The translations under genes were made by a program, and so were the position numbers. This document shows, in pieces, positions 16,560 through 23,178 of a stretch of 24,000 nt of DNA. Under the pieces are notes generated by a model that was given only the letters and a program-made list of their open reading frames with translations, searched no databases and was not told where the DNA came from. Source of the stretch: Chloroflexia bacterium (GTDB lineage: Bacteria; Chloroflexota; Chloroflexia; Chloroheliales; Chloroheliaceae). Location of the stretch: assembly GCA_038209275.1 (NCBI GenBank), contig JBBQXW010000039.1, positions 1-24,000 of the forward strand, given 5' to 3'. The stretch's first letter is position 1. Each line of letters opens with the position of its first letter.

Positions 16560-16702
16560 TTAAACAGGGAGTCAGCCCACTTGCGAAAAGCGATAAAACA
16601 AGCGAAGTAGACTGAAACAATCCGGCTTGCTTTGGATTGAGCCATTTGACACTTGTTTCATTTTACTTCGCTTTCATTCAAGTGGGCTGACTCCCTGTTT
16701 AA
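16560..16702. repeat. 143-nt rod-like imperfect hairpin element closed by a perfect 24-bp inverted repeat
   Basis: TTAAACAGGGAGTCAGCCCACTTG (16560-16583) / CAAGTGGGCTGACTCCCTGTTTAA (16679-16702). Internal pairs continue the helix: GCGAAGTA (16602-16609) / TACTTCGC (16664-16671) and TGAAACA (16612-16618) / TGTTTCA (16654-16660). The element starts 14 nt after the gcdH-like stop. Confidence 0.9.
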
Positions 16703-17225
16703 GCAAAATTCAGGAAAGTTTTACCGGTATTGAGCTCGATGTTACCCGTTAACACGTCTTCAGTGCTGGCTTAGTCACGGGGAATTAAATTTGTAAATTG
16801 TACTACCCGGTTCATTCTCAGGTAAACCCTTCGGAGTGAATTGGTTATGAGGATGTGGCGAGTCTGTTTGTGTCAAAAATAATGAGAGAAAAGACTATAA
16901 CTTTGGGCAGATTAATGTAATTTTAATATTCTCCTCAAGCTAACTTCATAATCTTTTTCTAAAATTTGTTTGAAATACAAATTAAATATCCAGTCAGTCC
17001 TTATGGACAGGTCCAGCCCCCAGCACTTACCGTGCGTTCTCTCCGGTCCAAGAGCCTGGCGACCCATGTTTCACACCTTGTACCGAAAATTGGTCAGGAA
17101 CGCCTGGTGTCAGATATGGAGTAACTATGGTGGTAGAGTTATTAACCAACAAGAGGTTTTTTAGAAAACAGCTTATAAAGAGAAAATAAAAAAGATTATA
17201 CCTAGAAGCTAGGAGGAGGAAGCTG

Positions 17226-18539
17226 GTGTTAATTACATCTCCCTTTGTTTTGGGTGTGCCTTCGACCAAGTTCACTTTCTATGCTGCGCCTACACCTGGT
17301 GAAGGGGGAGGTATGTCGGAACTGCTTCAGTTTTTGCTGATGCTGATGCTGGTAATCGTCGCCGCCAAAACCGCCGGGCTGGTGAGCACTAAACTGGGAC
17401 AACCAGCAGTGCTGGGCGAACTGCTGGCCGGAGTAGTGCTTGGCCCAACTCTGCTAAATGTTTTTGGTCTCCCCTTTATCACGAGTCAAACTTTACAGGT
17501 CGAATTCAAGCACCTGGCCGAAATTGGAGTAATCCTGCTGATGTTTATGGCGGGTCTGGAAACCGATCTTAAAGCGCTTAGCCGGGTAGGCAAGATTGCA
17601 GTTTTCGCCGGGGTATTAGGTGTGATTTTCCCGATTACCCTGGGCGGGCTGGTAGCCTTGCCCTTTAATTACAGCTTTGATAAAGCCCTTTTTATTGGCA
17701 TTATTCTGAGCGCTACCAGCGTCTCAATTTCTGCTCAAACTCTATTGGAACTGGGGGTACTCAAACGGAAAGAGGGGATAGCTTTATTAGGGGCGGCGGT
17801 CATCGACGATGTGCTGGTCATTTTGGTGCTGTCACTTTTTATGGCCCTGGCAACCGGCGGTGGAAGTGGTGTTGGCGATATTGTAGTAGTGGTGCTAAGG
17901 ATGGTAGGTTTTTTCATAGTGGCTGGTCTCTTTCTGTGGAAAATACTGCCCTGGATTTTGCACCGGGCCAGGCGCCTGCCCATCAGCGAAAGTTTGACCG
18001 CTACTACGCTGGTGATCATCCTGGGAGTAGCCTGGGCTGCCGAATTTGTAGGCGGAATTGCCCTGATCGTAGGAGCTTTCCTGGTTGGAGTGCTAGTAGC
18101 ACGCACCGATCACAAACACGAACTGGAGAAAAGTTTTCATACCCTGACCTATAGCTTTTTCGTGCCTATTTTCTTTGTGAGTATTGGTTTAGCTGCCAAT
18201 CTGACCCAGCTTTCCGCTTCTGACTTGCTATTTGCCGCTTTAATTGTGCTGGTGGCGGTAGTTTCTAAGGTTATTGGTTGCGGACTGGGCGCACGCTTGG
18301 GGGGTTTCAACAATGGTGAAGCTTTTCGGATGGGTCTGGGAATGATCAGCCGGGGAGAGGTAGGCTTAATTGTAGCGGCGGTCGGGTTGCAGGAAGGTCT
18401 TATTCAAGAGGGCACTTATGGCGTAATGGTCTTAATGATACTGGCAACTACCATCATCACCCCATTAGCGCTCAAAGCGGCCTACCGTAACGTCAAGGCA
18501 GATAGCTCCGGGAAAGGTCAAGTTGGTCAGCAAGCATAG
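17226..18539 (+). CDS. CPA2-family cation:proton antiporter (Kef/NapA-type Na+/H+ exchanger family), no RCK domain
   Basis: 437-aa ORF, polytopic. LGQPAVLGELLAGVVLGP (TM1-2 signature), LLMFMAGLETDL, and ISRGEVGLIVA near the C-terminus. GTG 17226 has a strong AGGAGGAGGA SD (17211-17220) at ideal spacing. The alternative ATG 17313 has GGAGG only 1 nt upstream. Confidence 0.9.
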   Translation: MLITSPFVLGVPSTKFTFYAAPTPGEGGGMSELLQFLLMLMLVIVAAKTAGLVSTKLGQPAVLGELLAGVVLGPTLLNVFGLPFITSQTLQVEFKHLAEIGVILLMFMAGLETDLKALSRVGKIAVFAGVLGVIFPITLGGLVALPFNYSFDKALFIGIILSATSVSISAQTLLELGVLKRKEGIALLGAAVIDDVLVILVLSLFMALATGGGSGVGDIVVVVLRMVGFFIVAGLFLWKILPWILHRARRLPISESLTATTLVIILGVAWAAEFVGGIALIVGAFLVGVLVARTDHKHELEKSFHTLTYSFFVPIFFVSIGLAANLTQLSASDLLFAALIVLVAVVSKVIGCGLGARLGGFNNGEAFRMGLGMISRGEVGLIVAAVGLQEGLIQEGTYGVMVLMILATTIITPLALKAAYRNVKADSSGKGQVGQQA

Positions 18540-18641
18540 AAAAGCAAGGCCATTAATGAAGCACAACCGGTCTGACAAGCCTTTGAGAATATTTCGCTAA
18601 CCGAAAAGCAAAGATACTGAAATAAAAGGGAGGTACTCCAG

Positions 18642-19016
18642 ATGGAAAAAGCTGACAAAGGTCCACAAATGGTTGTATTAATCCTCAGAGAGGAGGAACG
18701 GTTGGAAGAGTTATTGTCACTATGGGAGAAGGCTGGCGCTTCCGGTGCAACTGTGCTGGATTGTATCGGACGTACTCAATTAAGGGATGCGCTGCATATG
18801 GATGATGTACCAATGTTTCCTTCACTCGCCGACCTTACTCGCTCCGAAAGTGTAGGAGAAAAACTGGTTTTTACGTTAGTGGCAAGTGACGAACTGGCTC
18901 AACGCCTCATCATTATTAGCCGCCAGTTACTGGAACGAACTTCCCGTAACAAGGGATTGATATTTACCATCCCACTTGGTAGCGTTTTTGGGCTGGGTCA
19001 GACTACTACTCCCTGA
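18642..19016 (+). CDS. PII-like (GlnB-fold) small signalling protein, probable partner of the upstream antiporter
   Basis: 124-aa ORF with GGGAGG SD 8 nt upstream, 102 nt after the antiporter stop. The pattern fits a beta-alpha-beta / T-loop / beta-alpha-beta PII topology: MVVLILREEERLEELLSLWEKAGASGATVLDCIGRTQ, then a ~30-aa loop, then EKLVFTLVASDELAQRLIIISRQLL..NKGLIFTIPLGSVFGL. Assigned by eye, no profile search. Confidence 0.6.
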   Translation: MEKADKGPQMVVLILREEERLEELLSLWEKAGASGATVLDCIGRTQLRDALHMDDVPMFPSLADLTRSESVGEKLVFTLVASDELAQRLIIISRQLLERTSRNKGLIFTIPLGSVFGLGQTTTP

Positions 19017-19176
19017 GATCAGCTACCGAGGGTGGAGTGAACCAATCTAAATGTAAAAGAATCGGGTAGAAGCAGAGGTCGTAGAAAAGGCAAGCAGCCA
19101 GGATAGAGAAAGTGAACAAATAAGAGATGAATACCCGGTTTAATCTTAGTTTAGTAATATAAGTGATACTTCTGAG

Positions 19177-19584
19177 ATTGACGTTTAGACTAAAGAAATG
19201 GGCGAAGCGACCTTGCGGTAACTCGCCCCATCGAGTAATGTTCTTTCGACCAAAAAAGGAGCATTACTCAATGGGAGTGGACGCTTCCAATATCGTGCGG
19301 CCTCAATCTAGCACCCTGCCTGAGCGCGGCGCTTTGTACGTTCACAACCTGCCCGAATGTGACAAACCAATCACTTTTGGCTGACAATTCTCAGTGGCGG
19401 TGGGTGCAGTAGTTAAACGGTCTGAACGCCATCCGGTGGTCAAGGTCAAAAAAGGGGCTGCCAAGGCGCGGTGGCGCAAAAAGCGGGCTTAAAAGCCTAG
19501 TTTAGGCTAGTTGCAACCGTCTTATTTAGAGTTCGCGGCGCGTGCGCGAGGCTTGTTAATGTGCCATTTAGTCTAAACGTCAAC
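19177..19584. repeat. ~408-nt noncoding unit bounded by a perfect 17-bp inverted repeat (candidate structured ncRNA or MITE-like element)
   Basis: TTGACGTTTAGACTAAA (19177-19193) / TTTAGTCTAAACGTCAA (19568-19584). The interior is rich in local hairpins, e.g. 19227-19275 (CCCAT-c-GAGTAATG...CATTACTC-a-ATGGG), GGCTTAAAAGCC and GCCTAGTTTAGGC. It sits in a 650-bp spacer between convergent genes. Confidence 0.8.
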
Positions 19585-19600
19585 CCTTTTAGGCACTCCC

Positions 19601-19630
19601 GAAAAATCCATTGGCGGAGCAATGTCCTAC
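19601..19630 (-). repeat. Copy of dispersed motif GACATTGCTCCGCCAATGGATTTTT (minus orientation)
   Basis: The reverse complement of 19601-19630 reads GTAGGACATTGCTCCGCCAATGGATTTTTC. Its 25-nt core is identical to 23482-23506. Confidence 0.9.
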
Positions 19631-19668
19631 GAATTAGCTACTTGCCCGTGCGCTGATTATTAGGGCTG

Positions 19669-20868
19669 TTAGGCTTTTACAACGCCTTTTTTGCATAGTC
19701 GCTCGATTTCGGCCTCGTCCCAACCAAACTGGCGCAAGATTTCGCGGGAGTGTTGGCCCAGCACCGGGGCGGGGCGGTAGATGCGGCCCGGCGTGCCGGA
19801 TAGCTTGACTGGTACGCCAATTTGTTTGATTTTCCCGGCAACAGGGTGTTCAATCTCGACCATCATTTCGCGGGCCTGTACCTGCGGGTCATTATAAACC
19901 CCCGCCATATCGTAAATCGGGCCTGCTGGTACGCCGACCTGTTCCAGCAAAGCCAGCCATTCTTCCGAGCCATGCCGCCGAAAAATATCGTCTAAAATCG
20001 CGGCCAGCTCAGCACGATGGGCCATGCGGTCGCGGGTAGCGGCAAAACGGGGGTCAGCCAGCAAATCGGGCCGCTCTATCACCTCGCACAATTTCTCCCA
20101 GTTCGCCTGGTTCGCTGCCCCGATATTAATATAGCGGTCAGCCGTCGGGAAAGCCTGATAGGGCGCGGAAAGGCGATGGGCCGACCCCATTTGGGTAGCC
20201 GATTGCCCGGTGAAAAACAAAATATTCGATTCCCAAAAAGTGTAAGCCAGGCTGCTTTCCAGCAGCGATACATCTATATACTGCCCCTCGCCCGTTTTTA
20301 GTTGGTGGATATAAGCACACAGGACACTATAAGCGGCGTATAGCCCGGCGTTCAGGTCGGCGATTGGCACACCAACTTTGGCGGGTGTGCCGTCCGGCTC
20401 TCCTGTCAGGCTCATTAGCCCGCTCATGCCTTGCGCCACCAGATCGAAGCCGCCGCGCCTGCCGTAAGGCCCGGTCTGCCCAAACCCGCTTATCGAACAA
20501 TAAATAAGTTTGGGATTGAGCGCCTTTAAGTCTTCGTAGCTCAACCCCAGGTTTTCCATTGTGCCGGGCCGGAAATTTTCAATTACCACATCGGCTTTTT
20601 CCGCCAGCTTGCGAAAGACCGCCCGACCTTCTTCGTCTTTCAAATTCAAGGCCAGCCCGCGTTTATTGCGGTTCATTGCAATAAAGCCGCTACCCTCGCC
20701 GTTCAGAAACGGCCCAAACTGGCGCGAGTCGTCGCCGCCGTTGGGCTTTTCCACTTTGATTACATCTGCCCCCATGTCAGCCAGCAGCAACCCACAGTAC
20801 GGCCCAGACATTATCTGCGTCGCATCCAGCACAATCATTCCATCCAACGCAAACGGACTATTCAGCAT
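19669..20868 (-). CDS. Family III (CaiB/BaiF) acyl-CoA transferase, paralog of 4024..5175
   Basis: 399-aa ORF with GGAGGAG SD. LDGMIVLDATQIMSGPYCGLLLADMGADVIKVE, NRNKRGLALNLK, and GGFDLVAQGMSGLMSLTG (Asp region). Confidence 0.92.
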   Translation of the reverse strand: MLNSPFALDGMIVLDATQIMSGPYCGLLLADMGADVIKVEKPNGGDDSRQFGPFLNGEGSGFIAMNRNKRGLALNLKDEEGRAVFRKLAEKADVVIENFRPGTMENLGLSYEDLKALNPKLIYCSISGFGQTGPYGRRGGFDLVAQGMSGLMSLTGEPDGTPAKVGVPIADLNAGLYAAYSVLCAYIHQLKTGEGQYIDVSLLESSLAYTFWESNILFFTGQSATQMGSAHRLSAPYQAFPTADRYINIGAANQANWEKLCEVIERPDLLADPRFAATRDRMAHRAELAAILDDIFRRHGSEEWLALLEQVGVPAGPIYDMAGVYNDPQVQAREMMVEIEHPVAGKIKQIGVPVKLSGTPGRIYRPAPVLGQHSREILRQFGWDEAEIERLCKKGVVKA

Positions 20869-21017
20869 CTTTTAGCTTCTCCTCCATTAATTTTTAAATC
20901 AGTAAAATTCGGTGGGCTTATTATACGCGCAAGTCTGTTACTTTTGCCATAAAAACAACAACCGAGCAAAATCCGACCCCGTTTCCGATAGCATTTTCTC
21001 TTTATTCAAAAAAGGTT

Positions 21018-21157
21018 AAGGCTGTTGCAAAGTCAGGGTTTTTGATTGTAGGAGAGAGTAGGAGAGAGTTCTACTCTCGATAAAGCGGTTGCTCAGGCTC
21101 AATTTTCGAGAGCAGCGCTCTCTCCTACACCCTCTTTTCGGACTTTGCAATCGCCTT
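21018..21157. repeat. 140-nt nested inverted-repeat element in the divergent CoA-transferase/rpsB spacer
   Basis: Four nested pairs: AAGGC (21018-21022) / GCCTT (21153-21157); TTGCAAAGTC (21025-21034) / GACTTTGCAA (21141-21150); TGTAGGAGAGAG (21047-21058) / CTCTCTCCTACA (21118-21129); CTCTCGA (21074-21080) / TCGAGAG (21106-21112). There is an internal tandem TAGGAGAGAG x2. The core resembles that of the 13878-14043 element. Confidence 0.85.
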
Positions 21158-21177
21158 ACAAAAAAGTTTCAAAAGAG

Positions 21178-21206
21178 TTGCGGGTGAAGTGAGGCTATGT
21201 TATAAT
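21178..21206 (+). promoter_or_regulatory. Putative rpsB promoter with extended -10
   Basis: TTGCGG (21178-21183), a 17-nt spacer ending in TGT, then TATAAT (21201-21206). This leaves a ~165-nt leader before ATG 21373. Confidence 0.5.
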
Positions 21207-21372
21207 AGCCAACGGCGTTTTAAACCAAGCGCCTTTTTGTGAGTATAGCTTAGATAAAAAAAGCACGCTCTCCGACTGTTCGGTTCGTGTCTGCCTTTTA
21301 GCACAAGAGCAAAGACAGATGGCCGGATGGGATGACGAGAGCGGAAGATTAACGAAGTCAGAAAGGAATACA

Positions 21373-22368
21373 ATGGTAGCAACAATCGAGGAAGCTCCTC
21401 AGCCAGCTTCAGCCCCTCGCCCGTTGGTGACGCTAGAGCCGGGACAGAGCCAGGCCGCCATCATGCGTACCCTGCTGGAAGCGGGCGTTCACTTTGGACA
21501 CCAGACCAAGCGCTGGAATCCGAAGATGCGGCCCTACATCTTCACCGAGCGCAACGGCATTCATATCATAGATTTGGCTCAGACCGTGCAGGGTCTGGCA
21601 TCGGCGGCAGAGTTCGTCGGCGAACTGGCGGCGCAGGGTGGGCGCTTGATGATGATTGGCACCAAGAAACAGGCCCAGGACGTAATTTCGGAAGAAGCCA
21701 AACGCTGCGCTCAGTTCTATGTGAACAAGCGCTGGCCCGGTGGTCTGCTGACCAACTTTGTCACCACCCGGCAGCGTCTGCGCCACTTAGCCGAACTGGA
21801 AGCCCGCCAGACTCGTGGCGAAATTGAGCAATTGCCCAAGCAGGAAGCCAAGAAGCTGAACGAAGAGATGACCAAGCTGAACAATACGCTGGGCGGTATC
21901 AAGCAGATGTACGATTTGCCAAGCGCAGTGTTCGTGATTGACCCGCACAAAGAGCGGGTAGCGATGGCGGAAGCGCTACGGCTGGAAATCCCGGTGATTG
22001 CCATCGGCGACACCAATTGCGACCCGGACGAAATAGATTATGTCATACCGGGTAACGACGATGCCATTCGCTCGGTCAAAATTATTACGGCGCGGCTGGC
22101 CGATGCTTTCATCGAAGGGATTAATCGGCGCGAGGCCATGCGAGCCGAGCAGATGATGAGCGAACAGGAAGAACGCGGCGGACGCGACCGTGACCGGGGC
22201 GGCGAACGCAACGAAGAGCGCGGCGGACGCGGCGAAGGCGGCGGACGTGACCGGGGCGGCGACCGGGGTGGTCGGCGTGACCGGGGTGGTCGTGGCGGCG
22301 GCGGTGGCGAAAACCGTGACCGGGGCGGCGACCGTGACCGCAATAGCAGCGAAGGCGGCGACCGCTAG
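21373..22368 (+). CDS. rpsB: 30S ribosomal protein S2 with a C-terminal ~66-aa RGG/RD-rich low-complexity extension
   Basis: The S2 core is unmistakable: [71 protein letters not shown] 21373 has an AAGGA SD at 5-nt spacing, whereas the track start 21319 has a weak RBS. The tail [66 protein letters not shown] is encoded at 22168-22365. Confidence 0.93.
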   Translation: MVATIEEAPQPASAPRPLVTLEPGQSQAAIMRTLLEAGVHFGHQTKRWNPKMRPYIFTERNGIHIIDLAQTVQGLASAAEFVGELAAQGGRLMMIGTKKQAQDVISEEAKRCAQFYVNKRWPGGLLTNFVTTRQRLRHLAELEARQTRGEIEQLPKQEAKKLNEEMTKLNNTLGGIKQMYDLPSAVFVIDPHKERVAMAEALRLEIPVIAIGDTNCDPDEIDYVIPGNDDAIRSVKIITARLADAFIEGINRREAMRAEQMMSEQEERGGRDRDRGGERNEERGGRGEGGGRDRGGDRGGRRDRGGRGGGGGENRDRGGDRDRNSSEGGDR

Positions 22369-22402
22369 ACTTATTTTGTCGGCAAAAATTTAGCGTAAAA
22401 AG

Positions 22403-22441
22403 TTTTGCCTCCAATAAAGCCTGGCTCTATTGGAGGCAAAA
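22403..22441 (+). terminator. Hairpin (terminator/attenuator) after rpsB
   Basis: Perfect 14-bp stem TTTTGCCTCCAATA (22403-22416) / TATTGGAGGCAAAA (22428-22441) with an 11-nt loop. It is followed by TCTTAAAT, a weak U-tract. Confidence 0.6.
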
Positions 22442-22486
22442 TCTTAAATAAAAGACTTTCACTTGTACCAGGTTAGAACCTGGAAA

Positions 22487-22529
22487 TTTCTGAGTTTTTG
22501 ATTTTTGTAAAAAATCAAAAACTCAGAAA
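22487..22529. repeat. Perfect 20-bp-arm A/T-rich palindrome (first of a related pair) in the rpsB-tsf spacer
   Basis: TTTCTGAGTTTTTGATTTTT (22487-22506), loop GTA, then AAAAATCAAAAACTCAGAAA (22510-22529). Confidence 0.95.
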
Positions 22530-22539
22530 AACCGAATCC

Positions 22540-22585
22540 TTTTAGTTTTTGAAATTTTTTTGCAAAAAAATTTCAAAAACTAAAA
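22540..22585. repeat. Perfect 22-bp-arm A/T-rich palindrome (second of the pair) in the rpsB-tsf spacer
   Basis: TTTTAGTTTTTGAAATTTTTTT (22540-22561), GC, then AAAAAAATTTCAAAAACTAAAA (22564-22585). It shares the core AGTTTTTGA with the first palindrome. Confidence 0.95.
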
Positions 22586-22627
22586 AGAAAAGTGGAAATC
22601 CTGAAATAAAACAAGAGGAGAAACACA

Positions 22628-23164
22628 GTGGAAATTTCGGCTCAGGCGGTGAAGGAACTCCGCGAAGAGACCGGCGCGGGAATTATGGATTGCAAGAACG
22701 CTCTGAAAGAGAGCGAAGGCGATGTCAAAAAGGCTAAGGCGTGGCTGGATGCCCGTGGCCTGCGCAAGGCTGAGAAAGTAACTGGGCGCGAAGCCAAGCA
22801 AGGTCTGATTGAGACCTACGTACACAGTGGTCGTATCGGCGCGATTATCGAGTTAAGCTGCGAGACCGACTTTGTGGCCCGCACCGAAGATTTCAAGAAA
22901 CTGGCCCGCGATATTGCCCAGCAGGTCGTCGGCACTGGCCCGGAATATGTTTCGGTGGATGATATTCCGGCGGACGTACACGAAGACAAAAAGAACGAGC
23001 ATGGCGACAGTATCAATTCGTGGTACAAGGAAGCGGTACTTTTGCATCAACCTTCGCTCAAAGACTCGAAAGCAACCATTAACGATATGATTACCCAGGC
23101 GAAAGCCAAGCTGGGCGAAAATATCGTGCTAAAGCGCTTTACCCGGTACGAACTGGGCAAGTAA
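22628..23164 (+). CDS. tsf: Translation elongation factor Ts (short form)
   Basis: 178-aa ORF with GTG start and AGGAG SD. N-terminal UBA-like ISAQAVKELREETGAGIMDCKNALKESEGDVKKAKAWL, then GLIETYVHSGRIGAIIELSCETDFVARTEDF. Confidence 0.93.
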   Translation: MEISAQAVKELREETGAGIMDCKNALKESEGDVKKAKAWLDARGLRKAEKVTGREAKQGLIETYVHSGRIGAIIELSCETDFVARTEDFKKLARDIAQQVVGTGPEYVSVDDIPADVHEDKKNEHGDSINSWYKEAVLLHQPSLKDSKATINDMITQAKAKLGENIVLKRFTRYELGK

Positions 23165-23178
23165 CTTTAAGCTAAAAT

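Noticed and set aside
16990-17160. c-di-AMP (ydaO-type) or Mn2+ (yybP-ykoY-type) riboswitch upstream of the antiporter
   Set aside because: Only fragmentary resemblances were found: GGCGACCCA versus GGGGACCCA, CCGAAAAUUGGUCAG versus CCGAAUCCGNCAGCUAAC, and GGAGUAAC versus GGGGAGUAGC. The conserved ACAGCUAAC and GACAUA/AGACC blocks and the pseudo-symmetric helices are absent. No call can be made without a covariance-model scan.
19177-19584. RNase P RNA, tmRNA, group II intron or retron ncRNA, as an explanation for the ~400-nt inverted-repeat-closed unit
   Set aside because: On either strand I found no GGAAAGUCCGGGC or ACAGAACCCGGCUUA (RNase P), no tRNA-like 3' end or tag ORF (tmRNA), and no domain V-like GAGCCGUAU...hairpin. 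There is no reverse transcriptase gene nearby for a retron or intron.
21319-21372. An 18-codon N-terminal extension of rpsB (ORF-track start at 21319)
   Set aside because: ATG 21373 has an AAGGA SD at 5-nt spacing, whereas 21319 has only a weak purine stretch. The extra residues ([18 protein letters not shown]) are not S2-like. The start remains somewhat uncertain.
22038-22414. Two long minus-strand ORFs (22038-22343 and 22121-22414) and a plus-strand ORF (22190-22393) encoding Pro/Arg- or Ala/Thr-rich proteins
   Set aside because: They are alternative-frame or antisense readings of the GC-rich, repetitive RGG-tail coding region of rpsB. They have no RBS and are purely low-complexity. The S2 frame is continuous with a well-conserved core.
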